Positions 36,329 to 50,566 of a stretch of DNA of 64,000 bases are shown here, one piece after another. Each line of letters starts with the position of its first letter. The stretch's first letter is position 1. The notes beneath the pieces are model-generated. The model was not told the origin of the DNA and searched no databases. It saw only the letters and a program-made list of their open reading frames with translations. Made by a program: the position numbers and the translations under genes. The stretch is from Lepidodermella squamata (taxonomy: Eukaryota > Animalia > Gastrotricha), in assembly GCA_047495785.1 (NCBI GenBank), contig JBLDXI010000032.1, positions 620,001 through 684,000 on the forward strand, in the 5' to 3' direction.

Positions 36329-39300
36329 ATGTTCCGTATATGCGCTTTATTACTTGCGGTAATATTAGCGGTAACACAAGCAGCTGACCTAACCGTACCG
36401 AAGCAAACAAGTTACCATAACATTCAAAACGAATTTCTCGACCGGGGCTGTCACGATAAACTTGTCGGAATTCTTATCGGCCGATCTGGCTATATCACGA
36501 GTCGGAACTTCGCTCCGCCTACTTTTAGCCTGGACGAAGGAATTTCGAGAAATGTCTCGTATCCACCTAACGAATATTGCCAGTGGATGATCAAGGCAAC
36601 TCCAGGATCCAGGATAAGGTTACCATTTTTTTCATTAATTTTAGGCTGAATGCTGAAATCATCCGAAAATTTTAGATTAAGGTGGAATTTTTAATCTTTT
36701 TGAGTTTCAACTTTGTTTGCACCATATTTAGACTTCGATTCACTCATTTCGATGTCGAATCCGGCAAGCATTGCGCTTATGATAACGTTTCGATTTGGCA
36801 AATTGCGACGTCGACTTCGCAGATCATCAACGGCGATTCGCAGCTATCTTTCCCGCTTGGCCCTAAGAACATGTCGAACGGCATGCCGCTTCGAAAATTG
36901 CTCGGAACGTTTTGCGGAAATAACTCGCCGCCTATTGTCGAATCAGTACCTGGAACTCAGCTTCTAGTAGTTTTCCAGACAGATGCAACAACCAGCCGAT
37001 CTGGGTTCCGGCTGGTTTGGGAAACCTTTTCGACTGAAGGTAAAAGAAAATCCTGGATTAATAGGTTGGAAATTTTCCAATTTTTTCTTTTACAATAGAT
37101 CCGTTGGAACAAGCTTGTAACGTTCAAGATGGGCATTCAGTCACCCTAACCGGGGCTCAAGGAATTATCCAGCTGAACCATTTCGATCGCAAAACGCCTT
37201 ATAGTCCGAACTTGCGTTGTTCCTGGAAAATTCATATTCCGGCTGGAAAATTAGTCAGGTCAGTTTCTAAATCGTTTCTAAAAATTTCTAGAATTTAAAT
37301 TTTTTGAAATTGAAATTAAAAAATGTTCATGATAATTGGCATTTTAAATTTTTTATTAGGTTGACCTTCGAACACCTTGACCTTGAACCTTCCAAGGATT
37401 GCGCATTTGACGCGCTTGAAGTTTACGACGGCGGTGCTTTGGTTCCCTCAAATCGATTGGGCCGTTATTGCGGCGAAAATCTGCAATCATTTTCTCTGAC
37501 CTCCACCTGGAACGAAATGCTTATCACCTTCAAATCCGACAATTCAACCGAAAAATCCGGCTTCCAACTCAAATGGCAAGAAGTTACTCTGGTCGGATTT
37601 GTTGAGATGGGATGTTGGCAAACACGACCAGCCCTCATCCGAGGCCGTTCGTCCGGGGTTTTGCATTTACCCGGCTATAACGGCGCAACTTTTTACGAGC
37701 CGAAAATGGACTGTAAATGGTACATTGTTGTTCAAAATACGAGTTCGATTAAAATTCGCCTGACCCAACTATCGATTGAGGCTGAGCCGAAAGCGTGCCT
37801 ACACGACCGTCTATCATTTGCTCACCCTTCGAATAAAATCGAACCTATCATTCTGTGCGGGCAACAATTACCGGGCGAGATAATTCACTGGAAAAGCCCG
37901 GACTTACTAGTCGAGTTCAAATCGGATGAAACCGTTGAGGCGGCTGGTTTTCGGCTTGAATGGCTCGAATGGACGGCGGAGGATGAGGCAAGGCAAACGG
38001 CTGTTCCGGTCACCCAGACCCGGCCAACTACGGCTGAGAGAAAAATTTCGGTCGAATCTTCGACGATAACGACTACGGCGTCGACTGTTCAGGTCCCATC
38101 GTCGACTACAACGGTGGTGGTAAGCACTGAAACGGAACCTACTACGACCGCGTTTGAGCCGACGAGTGTGGTCGTTGCGAAAAATAGACCGCGACAAAAT
38201 AATTTTGACAGGAGCCCATCGGCTAGTCGGCATCAAATGGGTAAGATTTATCTAGAATTTTCGGGGAATTTTTCAATTTTTTTCTTCGAATTTCAGAGGG
38301 AATTCAGGTGGACATACCTCAAAGACCTCCAGCTGGCCAAGCTCAATATTCCCCGCCTGGTTTACCCGATCCTAGAACAACTTATACAGTCTATTCCTGC
38401 CAAACGCCTCGTCGCTATTATTATTCTCGCGCTGGTTCGAATTTCGAAAATTCCGCAGATTTTTGTAATAATTTTTGGTTTGGCCATATAGGAAAATTGT
38501 CTTCGCCCGGCTTCGGCATTTCGACCTATCCGATGGCGGCGCATTGTGCTTACGTTATCACGGTTCCCGAGGGACATTTCGTCCACCTTAATTTTACCGA
38601 ATTTGAAACCGAATACAGCAATAACTGCGAAAACGATTACGTAGCTGTTTACGAGGTTGAGTTTGAAAAATTTGAATTATTTTCCCGAAAAATGGAAACA
38701 TTTTGTTTTTAGGGTGACTCGGAGCAAAACAGGACAATTGCCAAGGTAATTCATTTATAAATCAACAATTTGAAATGATCAAAAATGAAATTTCAAATTT
38801 TATATTTTAAAAAGATTTTATTTACATTTTTTAAATTAAATTTCCGTAATTTTTCAGCTCTGTGGATTCCAAAACCCTGGAAAATCTATCGACTCAGCTG
38901 GAAATAGGATTCTAGTAGTTTTCCATTCCAACAACGACACTAGTTATCGAGGATTCACGGCTACTTTCACTGCAATACGGCAACCAAGTAAATTCTGGAA
39001 AATTAATGGAAACAGTGATTTTAATGCATTTATTTAACTCAGACCACGCTGATGCTGGGTGTTGGTGGGGCGAAGAGAATCCGGCCGAAATCGCGGCTGA
39101 ATCCGGCGTGCTGACATCTCGCAATTTCGACGGGCAAAAGCCTTACCTTTACAACCAACGCTGTGCCTGGCGGCTATCGACCAATTCAAGCTCGCGAATC
39201 AGCGTTCACTTCACGCATTTCTCCCTCGAGTCATCTGGCACAGGGTGCGCGGGTGATACAGTGGCGATTTACGACGGCAGCGACAAAAAAGCCCCGCTGT

Positions 39301-41874
39301 TAGGCACATTTTGCGGCATCGCCATCCCACCGCCGATTTTATCGTCTGGGAAAAATCTTTTCATAACTTTCACCACGGTAAAATTTCAGCTATCATCTTT
39401 CAGCCTGAACTTTCAATTTTCAATTCAGGACCATAAAATCGAGAAAACTGGGTTTAGACTTGAATGGCATTCAGTGCCGGCGATTCCTGAGAATGTATTG
39501 ATGATGGCTACTACTACGACCACGGAAAAAATCGAAGAGACCACGACTATGAGTTTGCTAACCGCGGCAATGTTGGAAAACTCGCTGTCCAATCGTCCGG
39601 ATGTCGTGAATAAATTAGCGCAGGCGATAGTTCAAGCCAGCTGGCCGGGCCGGGGCGTTGAAAGCGCGCTGCCTCGCGGATTTTTCTCATCGGCTCCGAT
39701 TTTCAACGGCCAACAAAATCCGGTCTATGAGAACCCGTCGCATCAACAGCAGCAGCAACAACAGCAACAGCAAATTCCGCCTGGCGTTCGGCGGATAGTC
39801 GACTCGGTCCACCAGCATTTCCCATCATCACCGCCGGCCAATTCGCAGCCTTACCGGCAAAATATTGTTGAAATGTACATGCCGCCTAAGGCTGGGCAAA
39901 ATGGCCAACAACAGCAACAGCAACAACAGCCTATTGTTAGATCGGCGAAGAGCCAGCATCATTTCCAGTACAATCCGACTTTGAAGGAGCAGGTTGTAGC
40001 GAAACGGTTGCCATTTTACGCGCCTCGGTCTCTGCACCAGCCATCGATTGTCGAGCCACCGCCGCATCCGCAGCAGTTTAATTCGAACCAGAATCAGCAG
40101 GGTGGAAATAGCCACAGGAATCACATGATTCATATGCCGGAATTTATGACCGATCAGCATCACGTTGAACGGGTCGAAACTACGACGCCCTATGAGATTC
40201 AGGAGGTAAGAAAAAAATCTCAAAAAAAATTGGGGCATCAATTAAAAATTTGAAAAAATTTGAAAATATTGAAAATTGATTTCTGAGGAAAAAAATTGAA
40301 ATAATGTAAAAATTATGGAAAGCTTCCGATACCAACCATTTCGAGGAATCGTTTAAATTTTGTGAAAATTATTTCAGTACACAATTTATTCGACGAGATC
40401 GCCTGACGAAAGGCCTGACGAAACAACATCTTCAGTTGGTACCACTGAGGCTCCAACAACGCCTCTACCCGATATTCCAGACGAATGTTTGGCCAGCAAT
40501 TCTTACAACGATGAAGACAATGGTAAATACGATTTTCTAATATTTTTCAATATTTACCATGAATAATTTTTATTAAGCTGCATCGTCCTTTTACGGCACA
40601 TGTGAGGATGGTAATGTTAGGGTCCTTACGAGCAAGAAAGCTTTCAGCCATGGTGGTGTGATAACCAGCGGACATTTCGATAGGCTCAAAACTTATCCAT
40701 CTCTTCAAAATTGCGTCTGGTCAATTCGAGCCCCGCCTGGTTTCAGAGTCACGTAAAATTTATTGAAATTTCAAAATTTCATGAAATTCAATAATTTTTT
40801 CAATTAGTCTCAATTTCCTGCATTTCGACCTTGAGCGTGGCCGTGATGATAATTGCCCGTATGATCGCGTCGAAGTTTGGGATGGAGCCACGATTCCGGC
40901 TGAAAATGATCCTGGCAAGTCGAAAGGCGTCACTGCGACTCCCCCGATAGCGAATGTCTCGAAAGAAATGGGTCACTTTTGCGGGTTCTCACCTCGGAAA
41001 CAGCCAATAGTCTCTTCTGGCTCAGCAATGACCATCAGGTAATTTTTCCTAAAATTAATCGTAAAATTGCATCATTTTTTCATGTTTTCTAAGATTTGTG
41101 AGTGATGCTGTAGTTCAAAGGACTGGTTTCTGCTTGAAATGGACTGCTCAGCCTGTTGAGAGTGAATTGCTGGTCGCAGAGGAAGGTTAGAAATTTTCGA
41201 AAAAAAATTCAAAAATTTTAAACTTTAAATTTCAGTTGGAAACCGTCGAAATGAACAGAGTTCCTTTATGACTGGCGAAGCTGCGAACGAGCCAAGCGGT
41301 TGTGGAGGGCCAAAATATATGAATCGCGGGTCGGGCCATATAAAATCTCCGAATTACGGAGCAGCATCCTACCTTCCGAACCTCGACTGCAGCTGGGTGA
41401 TATCAGCTCCGCCGGGAAAAATTGTCCGCGTGAACTTGATTGATGTCGATATCGAACCTGATGTCAGGTAAAACAAACTAATTTTCCTAAATTTGAGCGA
41501 TTTTTCGGCTGATTTTCTTTACTTCGAATATTTGATTTTTTCTCGGATATTACCGATTTTTTTTTAATATTTCTCAGATTTTATCATTTTTTTATTCAAA
41601 ATTTTAATTAGCTGCCGGTACGATTACCTCGCCCTGTATGATGGTGCGAGTGAATATGCGACAGTAATGAAGCGGTTATGCGGTCGACCACGGCCAACAA
41701 TCGTGAAAACCTCGTCGAACACCGTTTACTTGCAGTACGTTTTTTTTTATCTTTCAAGTGCATGTTTACGCGAAATTATATCGTACCTATTATTTCAACA
41801 GGTTCCGGTCAGACGCAACCGCGGAAGGCAAAGGCTTCCTTATTGAATATTCATTCACTGATCCCCCTACTTAG
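36329..41874 (+). CDS. Secreted multi-CUB-domain protein (about 7 CUB domains with Thr-rich and Gln-rich linkers)
   Basis: Signal peptide MFRICALLLAVILAVTQA, then repeated CUB signatures (G.I.S.N..Y..N..C.W.I, F..FD.E...C.YD.L.VYDG, CG, F.SD.....GF.L.W) over many short-intron exons. The last exon ends GFLIEYSFTDPPT* at 41874. Confidence 0.9.
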
Positions 41875-42496
41875 CCTGTCTCATACTATTGATTTGCGAT
41901 GATATGAGTACCTATTGCGAAATTTTGTAGTCTATGTAACAATCGATAACACGGTTATTTTTCTACTGATTGATTATTATTATTATTATTATACATAAAA
42001 ACGACGAAACGATTGAAAAAAAACGACGAAAAAAAGTTGAAATTTGCCGCCTGTGCTTTTGTATCATGATTCATCCATTACCTATACTATCATTTTGTGC
42101 GGGCTATAAGAATTCGTGCGCTCAAATCTTCGAAGTTGAATCGCTCATTTTCACCATCGCTTCCCTATAAATCCCTCGATCTTCTCTCCAGCTCAAACAT
42201 TCAAACAGTATTACTACTCCCGTACCTACTCAGTTGTGAATATTTTGTCAACTTTTTCGTCAAACGAAGTTGCATTTTTGTGATCATGATCATATAAAAG
42301 CTCTTGCTACAGCATGACATCTCTGAAAGAAATAACATTTATGAATTTGAAGCATTGTGCAAGTAAATGAAGGTTATTGCTTGAATGTGTGGCCATTGAA
42401 TGGATTCGCATGATAGCTTCTCTTGTTATGGCTCAACAGATTGTTTATTTCTACGACAAGAATAAAAATGATGCGATTCATTAGGGTTAATAGTTA

Positions 42497-43125
42497 CCGT
42501 CGAACGGGGCGACATTAGCCATTGGGGTGACATTGACATTGCGTTCGAGTTTAGATCACACAGGATGTCATTTTCTCAGGCGTGATATACCTATGTCAAG
42601 TGGGATGTCAATGAAAAGCCCTGATGTAGGAGAATTTGATTATATACATTATGGAACTGTTTGAGCCGTATATAACTTAATAACTGACGTGGAACGATGG
42701 CAAAGTGACCCTACGTGACCCTAAGTGTGTACGGCGATGGGATGACTTTGCCCTAACTTAAACCGCAGGTGGAATGGCGGATACCTCTCAAGTCGGGTAT
42801 CGCTGGATAGCTTGTGTCGGGGGCTGCTCGAAAATGACAAGGTTTTTTTTCATTTTTTTTTGATCACACCAAGTCGCTTTTAGAGTCATCTAAATTCTGC
42901 CGAAAACTGTAATTTTTCTATCTTTACCTGTGTTTAATCACCAGGTATTGTGAACGGCCGAAGTATGTTCAAGACATTCCAATTGGTCTTTTCATGAGCT
43001 TTCCAACAGTATCCCACTCAATGGGTCTTTATCTTGATAAATACCTTTGAGATATGGCTATGCGAAAGTCGCCCCATTTTTCCGTGGCAAAGTGACCCCG
43101 GCTGGAAAGTCGCCCCGTTTGACAT
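42497..43125. mobile_element. pogo/Tigger-like non-autonomous element
   Basis: TA-CCGTCGAACGGGGCGAC ... GTCGCCCCGTTTGACAT-TA gives imperfect TIRs, with subterminal GGGTGAC/GTGACCCC repeats. Confidence 0.65.
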
Positions 43126-43741
43126 TATTTTTTCCCAAGATTCCAACTGCTCACAGAAGGCTGGTAAACAGTTCACGTTTGTTGCACCTTAGCCGAGCAA
43201 CGAATAAATGGTGATATTCTGCATGAATACAGCCCAATTTATGTTTTCTTTGAAAATACGACGATGTCAGTCTTTATTCCGGAATACCTATGCGAGAAAA
43301 CAACAAGAATAATTTTACGCATCGTATACAATGAGAAACGTTCTATTTGAATCACGAGAACCAAGAGTTAACAACCTCAGTGTTCCTAATATTGAGCAAT
43401 TTTCCAATTAAGCTCGAAATGTTTTATAGCTTCTTCGTTTTATAGCTTCTTTTTATGTAGCTTCTTCGATTAATCCACGAATTCGCCCGCAGATTTCGCG
43501 CAATAATGATTTATCTGGGTCTCCTTCGCCAAAAATACCGGCTGGAGTAGTATAGTAATATCGGAATATAAAGTCGTAATATAAAATAATTTTTTAACTC
43601 ATTTAATTGGAAAAAAACAATTTTCAATTTTCAAAAATTTATTTTTGTTTCCAATAAATTCTTATAGGTATATTTTTTCATTTGTTTTCAAAGAATAATT
43701 ATTTCCGGCAGCTTTGATTCTAGTTTATTCAAGTCTACATA

Positions 43742-44495
43742 TTATTTCAAAAGTTCCATTAATTTTTCACGTGGTGGTACTTTGGTTAGGTTGTGCCGAA
43801 TAACTAGCCCGATTGCCGGAGTAGCAGGAACAAGAAAACGTTTTCCACTCCGATACACCTCGCGCAAGACGTAATCAGGATCTGGACGCTCTATCATCTG
43901 GCTCACCAACACTGCACTTGGAACATTCAGCGTCGCTTCGTCGAGCAGTTTCAATATTGTGTTCATCTGCTTATGTTTCACCCTTGCAGAACCAACGGTT
44001 GTGATTGCCTCGACAATTTGATTTTCCAACGTCTCCCAAACGATATCTTCTAACATCTTCTTCCCTGCCTCAGTCAATTTGCCGTCGCGGTCTCTATCCT
44101 CACGTGAATACTTCCAGGCGATTTTCTTGTTTAGATGTGGGAAGCCTCCAAGCACTGACCAAACTGCCATCTTCAAGCCTACAGCATCTAGATCAGCGAA
44201 TAGAACCTGAAATTCAGGAATCCTCCACAGTTGGTCTTGATCGTAAGGCTCAACATTTATCACATCCAGTAACAACGATGTAGCGTTGATGGCCCCAGGG
44301 GTAGTTTTGAAGCTGTTCAAGTTCTTTCGTCCTAATAGAGCGCGGACGCAGATCAGGAGACTTCATCAGCAGACCAAGTGTCGGCAGCGAAGAGAAGCCA
44401 GCTATTCCTACAACACTCCCAACAGCCCATTTGATAGATGGTCGCTGAAAGACTCGCGACACCGATATCCAATATTGTCGCAGTTTCTTAAACAT
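43742..44495 (-). pseudogene. P-loop NTPase copy A, internally deleted
   Basis: It is nearly identical to copy B but lacks the 428 bp corresponding to 51340..51767 (Walker A, the intron and the Walker B region), which causes a frameshift. Confidence 0.9.
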
Positions 44496-45114
44496 AACAG
44501 CTCTACAGGAAGCAGAAATTGGATACAGAGAAATCCATTAATAAGAATGGAAGAAATCGCCTTTTAAACACGATAAAGTAATTGTGCAGTTTCGAGCCAT
44601 TTTGTTTTATTAAGATGTTATATTTTCGTGCAACGTTTCGGCCACGAAATATCTTAGAATTCGAAAATCGAAACGCAGATATTTTGCGTATCGCCTTTCG
44701 AATTAAAAAAAATTCGAAAACTCCGAAAATTCAGGATATTTAACTCAGAAAACTCAGAAGTTCATTACAAATCTGACTCAGACCAGCTCTGATGGGGCTT
44801 CATCAGCTTCTCGTAATTCTGTCTGCACTTCTGAATCTGATGGGCCGCTGGCCGATTCGGAAGCCAGAATTTCGGTCGTATTTGGCCAAGTATTCGGGCG
44901 AGTAGCGTTGCAACGAGTGCTTCGATCATTTACTTAGGGTCGCGGCAGGGGGGTTTTGACGATGATGAATGATGATCGTCCGCCTCTTGGCCAGGTGAAG
45001 CGCTACATGGCAGTGGCCCGGGCGACGACCGGATAATTTTATTCGGCTCTCGAACACAAATAGAACGGGTCAGAGGTCATCCCTTATACCTAGTGGCGGA
45101 TGGGACCTATATAA

Positions 45115-45981
45115 TGGTGCGTCCACAAACTAACTTCGGAGAGGGTGACTTCGGAGACCGAACTTGAAACTTCGGAACACTCAAGCGAAACTTCGGTGAC
45201 GTTATCAGTGGCAATTTCCGCGCGCGCACGGCATGAGTCGTCCGAAGTTTCTATTGTTTGCGGGCCGAAGATTTTAAGTGCGCGCACATGAGTGCGAGCG
45301 CGCTCAAACTAGAGAAGGGGCCGCAGGGTAGACACAAAATTTTTTCAATTTCACTTGAATTCTCAAAATTCCTAAATAATAAGATTTGAAATGCGACGAA
45401 GATAACAAAAAGCTAAATTTCGACACGAAATTCACTATTTTTGAGAATAAATCAGAAACTAAATTGATTTTTTCAACGCGCACTATAAGCTTTTTTTAAG
45501 GGCACCCGATAATTTCTAAATTGAAATTTTTTGTGAAAACAAGGATTTTACTGCGCGCATTTCATATACGTCATTTTCGTCAATAATACGAATTAAAGAT
45601 GCCACAGGAAAAGTTGATTTATGTCGTCGCCCTACCTCGCGCGGTCAAGTGGCCGCGCGTGCGTAACTTCGGACACGCACAAACTTCGGTTCGGAGGCGC
45701 TTCGGAGAGCAGTTTTGGGCCTCTCCGAACCGAAGTTTGTGCGTGTCCGAAGTTACTACGTTGCGTAATCGCTGACCGAAGTTTGATATTTTCGCGCGTC
45801 CTTTGTTCAGTGCGCGCGCGCCGCCCATTGTTCTCACTTCGGGCGCGCAGTCCGAAGTGCGCGCGTTTGTGAACGAAAATCTCAAACTTCGGTCAGCGAT
45901 TACGCAACTTCGGAGAGCGATTACGAAACTTCGGAGGCTAAAACTTCGGACGCGTCTCCGAAGCAGTTTGTGAACGTAACA
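45115..45981. mobile_element. PIF/Harbinger (Tourist-like) non-autonomous element
   Basis: There is a TAA duplication and ~28-bp imperfect TIRs. Empty sites are visible at ~52648 and ~61620. The interior has many ACTTCGGA motifs and a hairpin at 45662..45758. Confidence 0.85.
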
Positions 45982-46254
45982 TAAGTTATCCTAGGCTATT
46001 AGAATTATGTGGAAAAATAATATTCGGAGTTTTCGGCCGATTCCTGCGGTACTTTTGCGGTGCTTTTACGGTATAAATCCCGAAAAACAAAAACTCAGGG
46101 AAACTTAGAGGTGTACACAGAAAACCGACTTTAATTTTTGAAACGAGTCGTCAATACTGATAGCCCGCTTGATTCTCTACAAGGTATCAGCGACTCGAGT
46201 CCCAAAACAGCGCCGCTCGTGCGAAAATCGCGTCTTGAAAACTCCATTCGTCGT

Positions 46255-49200
46255 TCAGATTCGTCGTTCGCCTCGTTAACCTGGCTCTCCTCGTTCCCTT
46301 CGTTTACTTCGTCTTTGTCGTCGATATGGTTGAAACATTCAATTTCCCATGTGTCAACCCATGTGGTTTCGATGAAATTTCGGCCCTCCGAAGCATCAAC
46401 CTCGAATTCGGCACAGAAAATGGCGAAGATTGCACGCCAAATGCGAAAAATCTCGCGTTTCGAGCAAGACGCTTGGAGCACACCAAAGCATTTCAGCGCC
46501 AGTTTACGAGCTTCCTTCTTCACAGGTACCTTGAAAGATCATGCATCAAGTGATTTATGCAAAAGGTGACGAGAGTTCCGGAAGTTGGCAGGGTTTTGCC
46601 GTCTTTGTGAGCGTCAATAAACAGGCGGCTTAGGTTGATCACGTAACTTCGCAGATTTTTCTCACAAAATGTAATCACCACGGCATGAAACTCTGCGAAA
46701 CAGCAATCGATTACCACCACTCTCGGCATTTTCGCCGCCCTGTGAGCTCGTTCCACCGCCGATTTCCAGGTCGTTAAAAAACAGGGAAACATAATTTTTT
46801 ATTTGCTGTCCAATTCAAAATCAATGAGTTCGAAAATATTCCATAGCTTAAAAAATGGGTCCAAAGATCACTCGCAAAACATCAGTAAAATTTAGGCTTG
46901 TTTTGGAGAATGTTCAGAAAATCAAGGTGAACTCGTAAATTAATAAAAGAAATACAGGTAACAAAGGGATATACAAATATGAAGCCCCAATATTTTACCG
47001 GGAATTTTGCGAGATCACCTTGATTTAAAAAAAAAATTGGAGTGAGTGCCTGCATTTTTGGCCTTAGACTTGAATACAAGAGCCACACTCGATTTCAACA
47101 ATGAAAAATCTTTCGGTTTACAAATTTGTCACGTCTTAGATACTTTTAGAAGGTACTTAGAAGGTAGGTCAATAGACAAAAATGCTGGATTTTTACCTTC
47201 AAAAAGAAAGCGATTCTGTCGCCAGTCTGCTCAGCAGAAATCAGCTCACCCACCGGGTAACCCACAGGCTTGTCATCAACCGTTGTAGGCAGAAATGCGT
47301 GTAAAAAAACGCGCTTGCTCGTTTCATAGTCAAGTTTCCATATACCACCTGTCGCTTCCAACGCACAAATGATGTGTCCATGCTTGACTGCTCAAAGAAT
47401 AATTCAATTGACAAGCCGAAGTAAAGAACTAGACCCATCGGATAATCCTAATAGAATCAATATTAAAAGCTGCATATTCACAAGTTAATAGTTACTCACA
47501 ATTGACTGTCGAATGTAAGGTCTTACTCTGGCATTTTGTTCATCCCGCAGTTTAATGAGATCAAAGCGGGGATCAGCATCGGCTCGACCATCTATAAAAC
47601 AGTTCTTGAATTCGTTTCATTTTATTCATAAAAATTAATTTTCAAACCCAAGTTCCATCTTTTTCGACTGAATTTTCTGTAGTGCGGACAGGTCTGGTAC
47701 CTCTGTCGTGGGCATTTGAGCAAACATCTCGCCATGAAGCTTCTTCGCTGTAGTCTTTTTCAATTCTTCGGCCAATTTTTCGCGTTTGTTTCCGGAAATT
47801 TTCTCTACCCGTGGCTCTCCTTCATGATTGAAAACGCCTAAAACGTTCAATGATGATTTAGTTGGAAGAGGAAGTAAGAGAAATAACAATACCAGCAACA
47901 ACTTTCAGCTCGAATTTGAAGGAACCAGTTCCGGTATCGTCCAAATCGCAGCTGAATTCGAAACTTCGGCACTTAAAATATTGGCATTCACCCTTGCCAG
48001 TCGCCATTCGAGTGCCCTCGGTGATGCTACGGCCATCGAAACTGATTGGGCATGTTGTTTCTGGCTTGGAAGCATCGCGTAGTAACTGCGCCCAGCCTTC
48101 CGGAAATTTTCATTCAAGTCGAGGCTTGCCATTTCTCAACGTTCCGTTTCTCTTCTGGACTGGGTTTAATGCGCTTGAGAAAGGCACATTCACGCAGAAA
48201 TGCTCATACTCCACCTGGTTGGTTTTCTCCAGCACTTCGAGATGCGAGCCTCCGCAGCCCTTTTTCCGCATTTTATCCTTGTACCTTTCATACGCGCACT
48301 TCCTTTGATACCATTCATTCGGCTTTTGCTGTTTAGTGCAGACTGAGTTGCTATCTCGCCCTAATTAATACGTAAGTGAAACAAAGGTAATGGGGAATTA
48401 TTTAAGTGACTTACAAGATAAATTCAGCTCCTTCCAGTTGCTCAGTTCAGAAAGTATTTCTTCCTCAGATTTCATATTTTCGCATTATCGAGTTGGAAAC
48501 GAGATGATGAACTCTAAGTTTCAGTTTCAACTTTTTGATGTGAGCAGCGCGCGCGATGCTAAATTCGCGTGCAAACCATCACATTGGTGCCACCTTTCTT
48601 TGCACAGATGGCCATTTTTCATTTTGACAAAACAAATTTTCGATCTTTCAAAAATAATTGTTGTAAGACCTCAAGCACCATTGAGCCTACATCCTATGCC
48701 CATATAATTTCAGATAATGTACTTGACTATTGATGTACTCGTAAGCCACTTAGACACGCCAGATACCCATTTAAACAATTTAGGTTTTAGAAATCCTTCT
48801 TTTATCTCACCTTTAGAGGCAATCAATGAAGAGCAACTTGAGCGTACTGTTCGCTCATAAAATAACGAAAATGTCATTTTTAATTGCTGTTTTATTCTGA
48901 TTATATTCAACGAAATTGGCTGGCTCATATACTGTATACGTACAAATTTTCGCTGTAATTTTATTTTCGCGAAATTTCGCGACGACCTCGGCTCGCGAAT
49001 TCAAGATTCGCGAAAATTTATCCCTCGCGAAAATTAATTGCACGCGAAAAAAAATCCCTCGTGAAAGAAAATCGCTCGCAGAGATTACGTAATTCTAAAC
49101 GATTTGAAAAGCAGTCTTGGGCACCAGGCACCTGCGAGACTAGTTGGTCATATCATGCTCATTTCCTAGCAGCGCGAAAAACTGCTTGAGCTAAAAGTGG

Positions 49201-50566
49201 ATGCCGCTGCGAGGCGCTGCTGATTGGCTGAGACGACTAAGCCAATCAAATCTGGTTTAAATGGTGGTCGATTGTCCATCAAGTGGTTATCAATCGAGCC
49301 GCGCGCGTAATTAGTGCGCCATTGTAGATCGAGTAGTCGATTAAGCGCGCCTTCGCACTTTCCGCTTCTCTACACAGCTATCAATTTCGCAACCAGCCGC
49401 TATTGCTCGCATAACCGGAACGACATGCGCACGAGTTACGAGATTACGGGCCCTCCTTAGATTGCGCAATCAGAGGGTGAATGTGGATCTTTGCGGAAAC
49501 GCAAACTCAAATTATAATTTCTGGACCGCGCGCGCTATTGACAGAAAGATACTGCTGATTGTTTTGGCGGTTTTTATACTCTGATAAAATTCAGAAAATT
49601 CTCTATCGAATAGATATAGGTTTCTCGCGAAAAGAATAATGGGAAAATCTTACGCGCGACTTCAATTTCGTTTTCAGGCGAGAGAGCGCGCTCTCATCCT
49701 GTGCGCAAATTTTGAGGTGCGCGTAAAACTTATTTTCATGAATTTTTTCACGCGAGAACCCTATATCTATTCGATAGCGAATTGTTGGAATTATTTTGCA
49801 GTATGAAAACCGACGCGGTGTTTGGAAGTAATTCTTTGAAATCCGCGCGCGCGGTCTAGAACTTGTTAAAAATCAGGACTAAGAAAAGTGAACTGATGCG
49901 CGCGCGCGAGGAATACAAGTGCGCGCGCGCCAAGTCCTGATTGGCAACCAATCAGCGAGCCGGAATTGAGTGCACGCGCAACGTAATCGCCACGCGCGAG
50001 CTGTAGTTGTTACGCGCGAAATGCACGTAACTTTTACCGAGATCGCCGTATCCTCGCGAATTCAAGATTTTCGCGAAAATTACTGTTTTATTACGCAATT
50101 ATCCAAGGATCGCCCTCGCGAATTTAAAATTTCGCGAAAATAGAAAATGGTCATTTTTGGGCAATTCGCGAATTCAAGATTACCGCGAAAATTAGTACGT
50201 ATACAGTATTCCTTACCATGTACTGGAGTAGGGCAATCGAGTGGCGTATTGGCAGGGTGGGCCGCTGACAAGTGAACCGCCAACTTCCAAAATCCCCGTT
50301 AAAATGGAAGTTGGCGGCCCACCGGCGGCCTCTGGAAGAGTCATGGAAACAAGTATCTTGCGCTGCCAGATGGATACATCGAGAATATCACTTGGCAGAC
50401 ACCATTCCGACAACAAAAGGTGGCCGTTAATGTTTCAAAAACTGGGCCGCCAACTTCTGCTCACTTGTCAACAAGAATTATTAAAATTAATACAAAAATG
50501 TGATTATTGTGGAATATTTACTGATAAGGTGTCACTGATGAAATGTCACTGCTGAAAAGTCTGACC
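46255..50566 (-). mobile_element. Mutator-like element (MULE) with a decayed, spliced transposase, copy 1
   Basis: Fragments L(E/D)ATGG..., VVVIDCCFAEFHAV and TFCINHLMH match the D, D and CxxH motifs of MULE transposases. There is a premature stop in the N-terminal part and no catalytic Glu region. The right terminus GTCACTGCTGAAAAGTCTGACC (50566) is the inverse of the terminus at 62179. Confidence 0.75.
48932..50206. mobile_element. TA-flanked non-autonomous DNA transposon nested in the MULE
   Basis: TA-CTGTATACGTACAAATTTTCGCTGTAAT ... ATTACCGCGAAAATTAGTACGTATACAG-TA, with TCGCGAA subterminal repeats and an internal inverted repeat at ~49570..49810. Confidence 0.85.
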
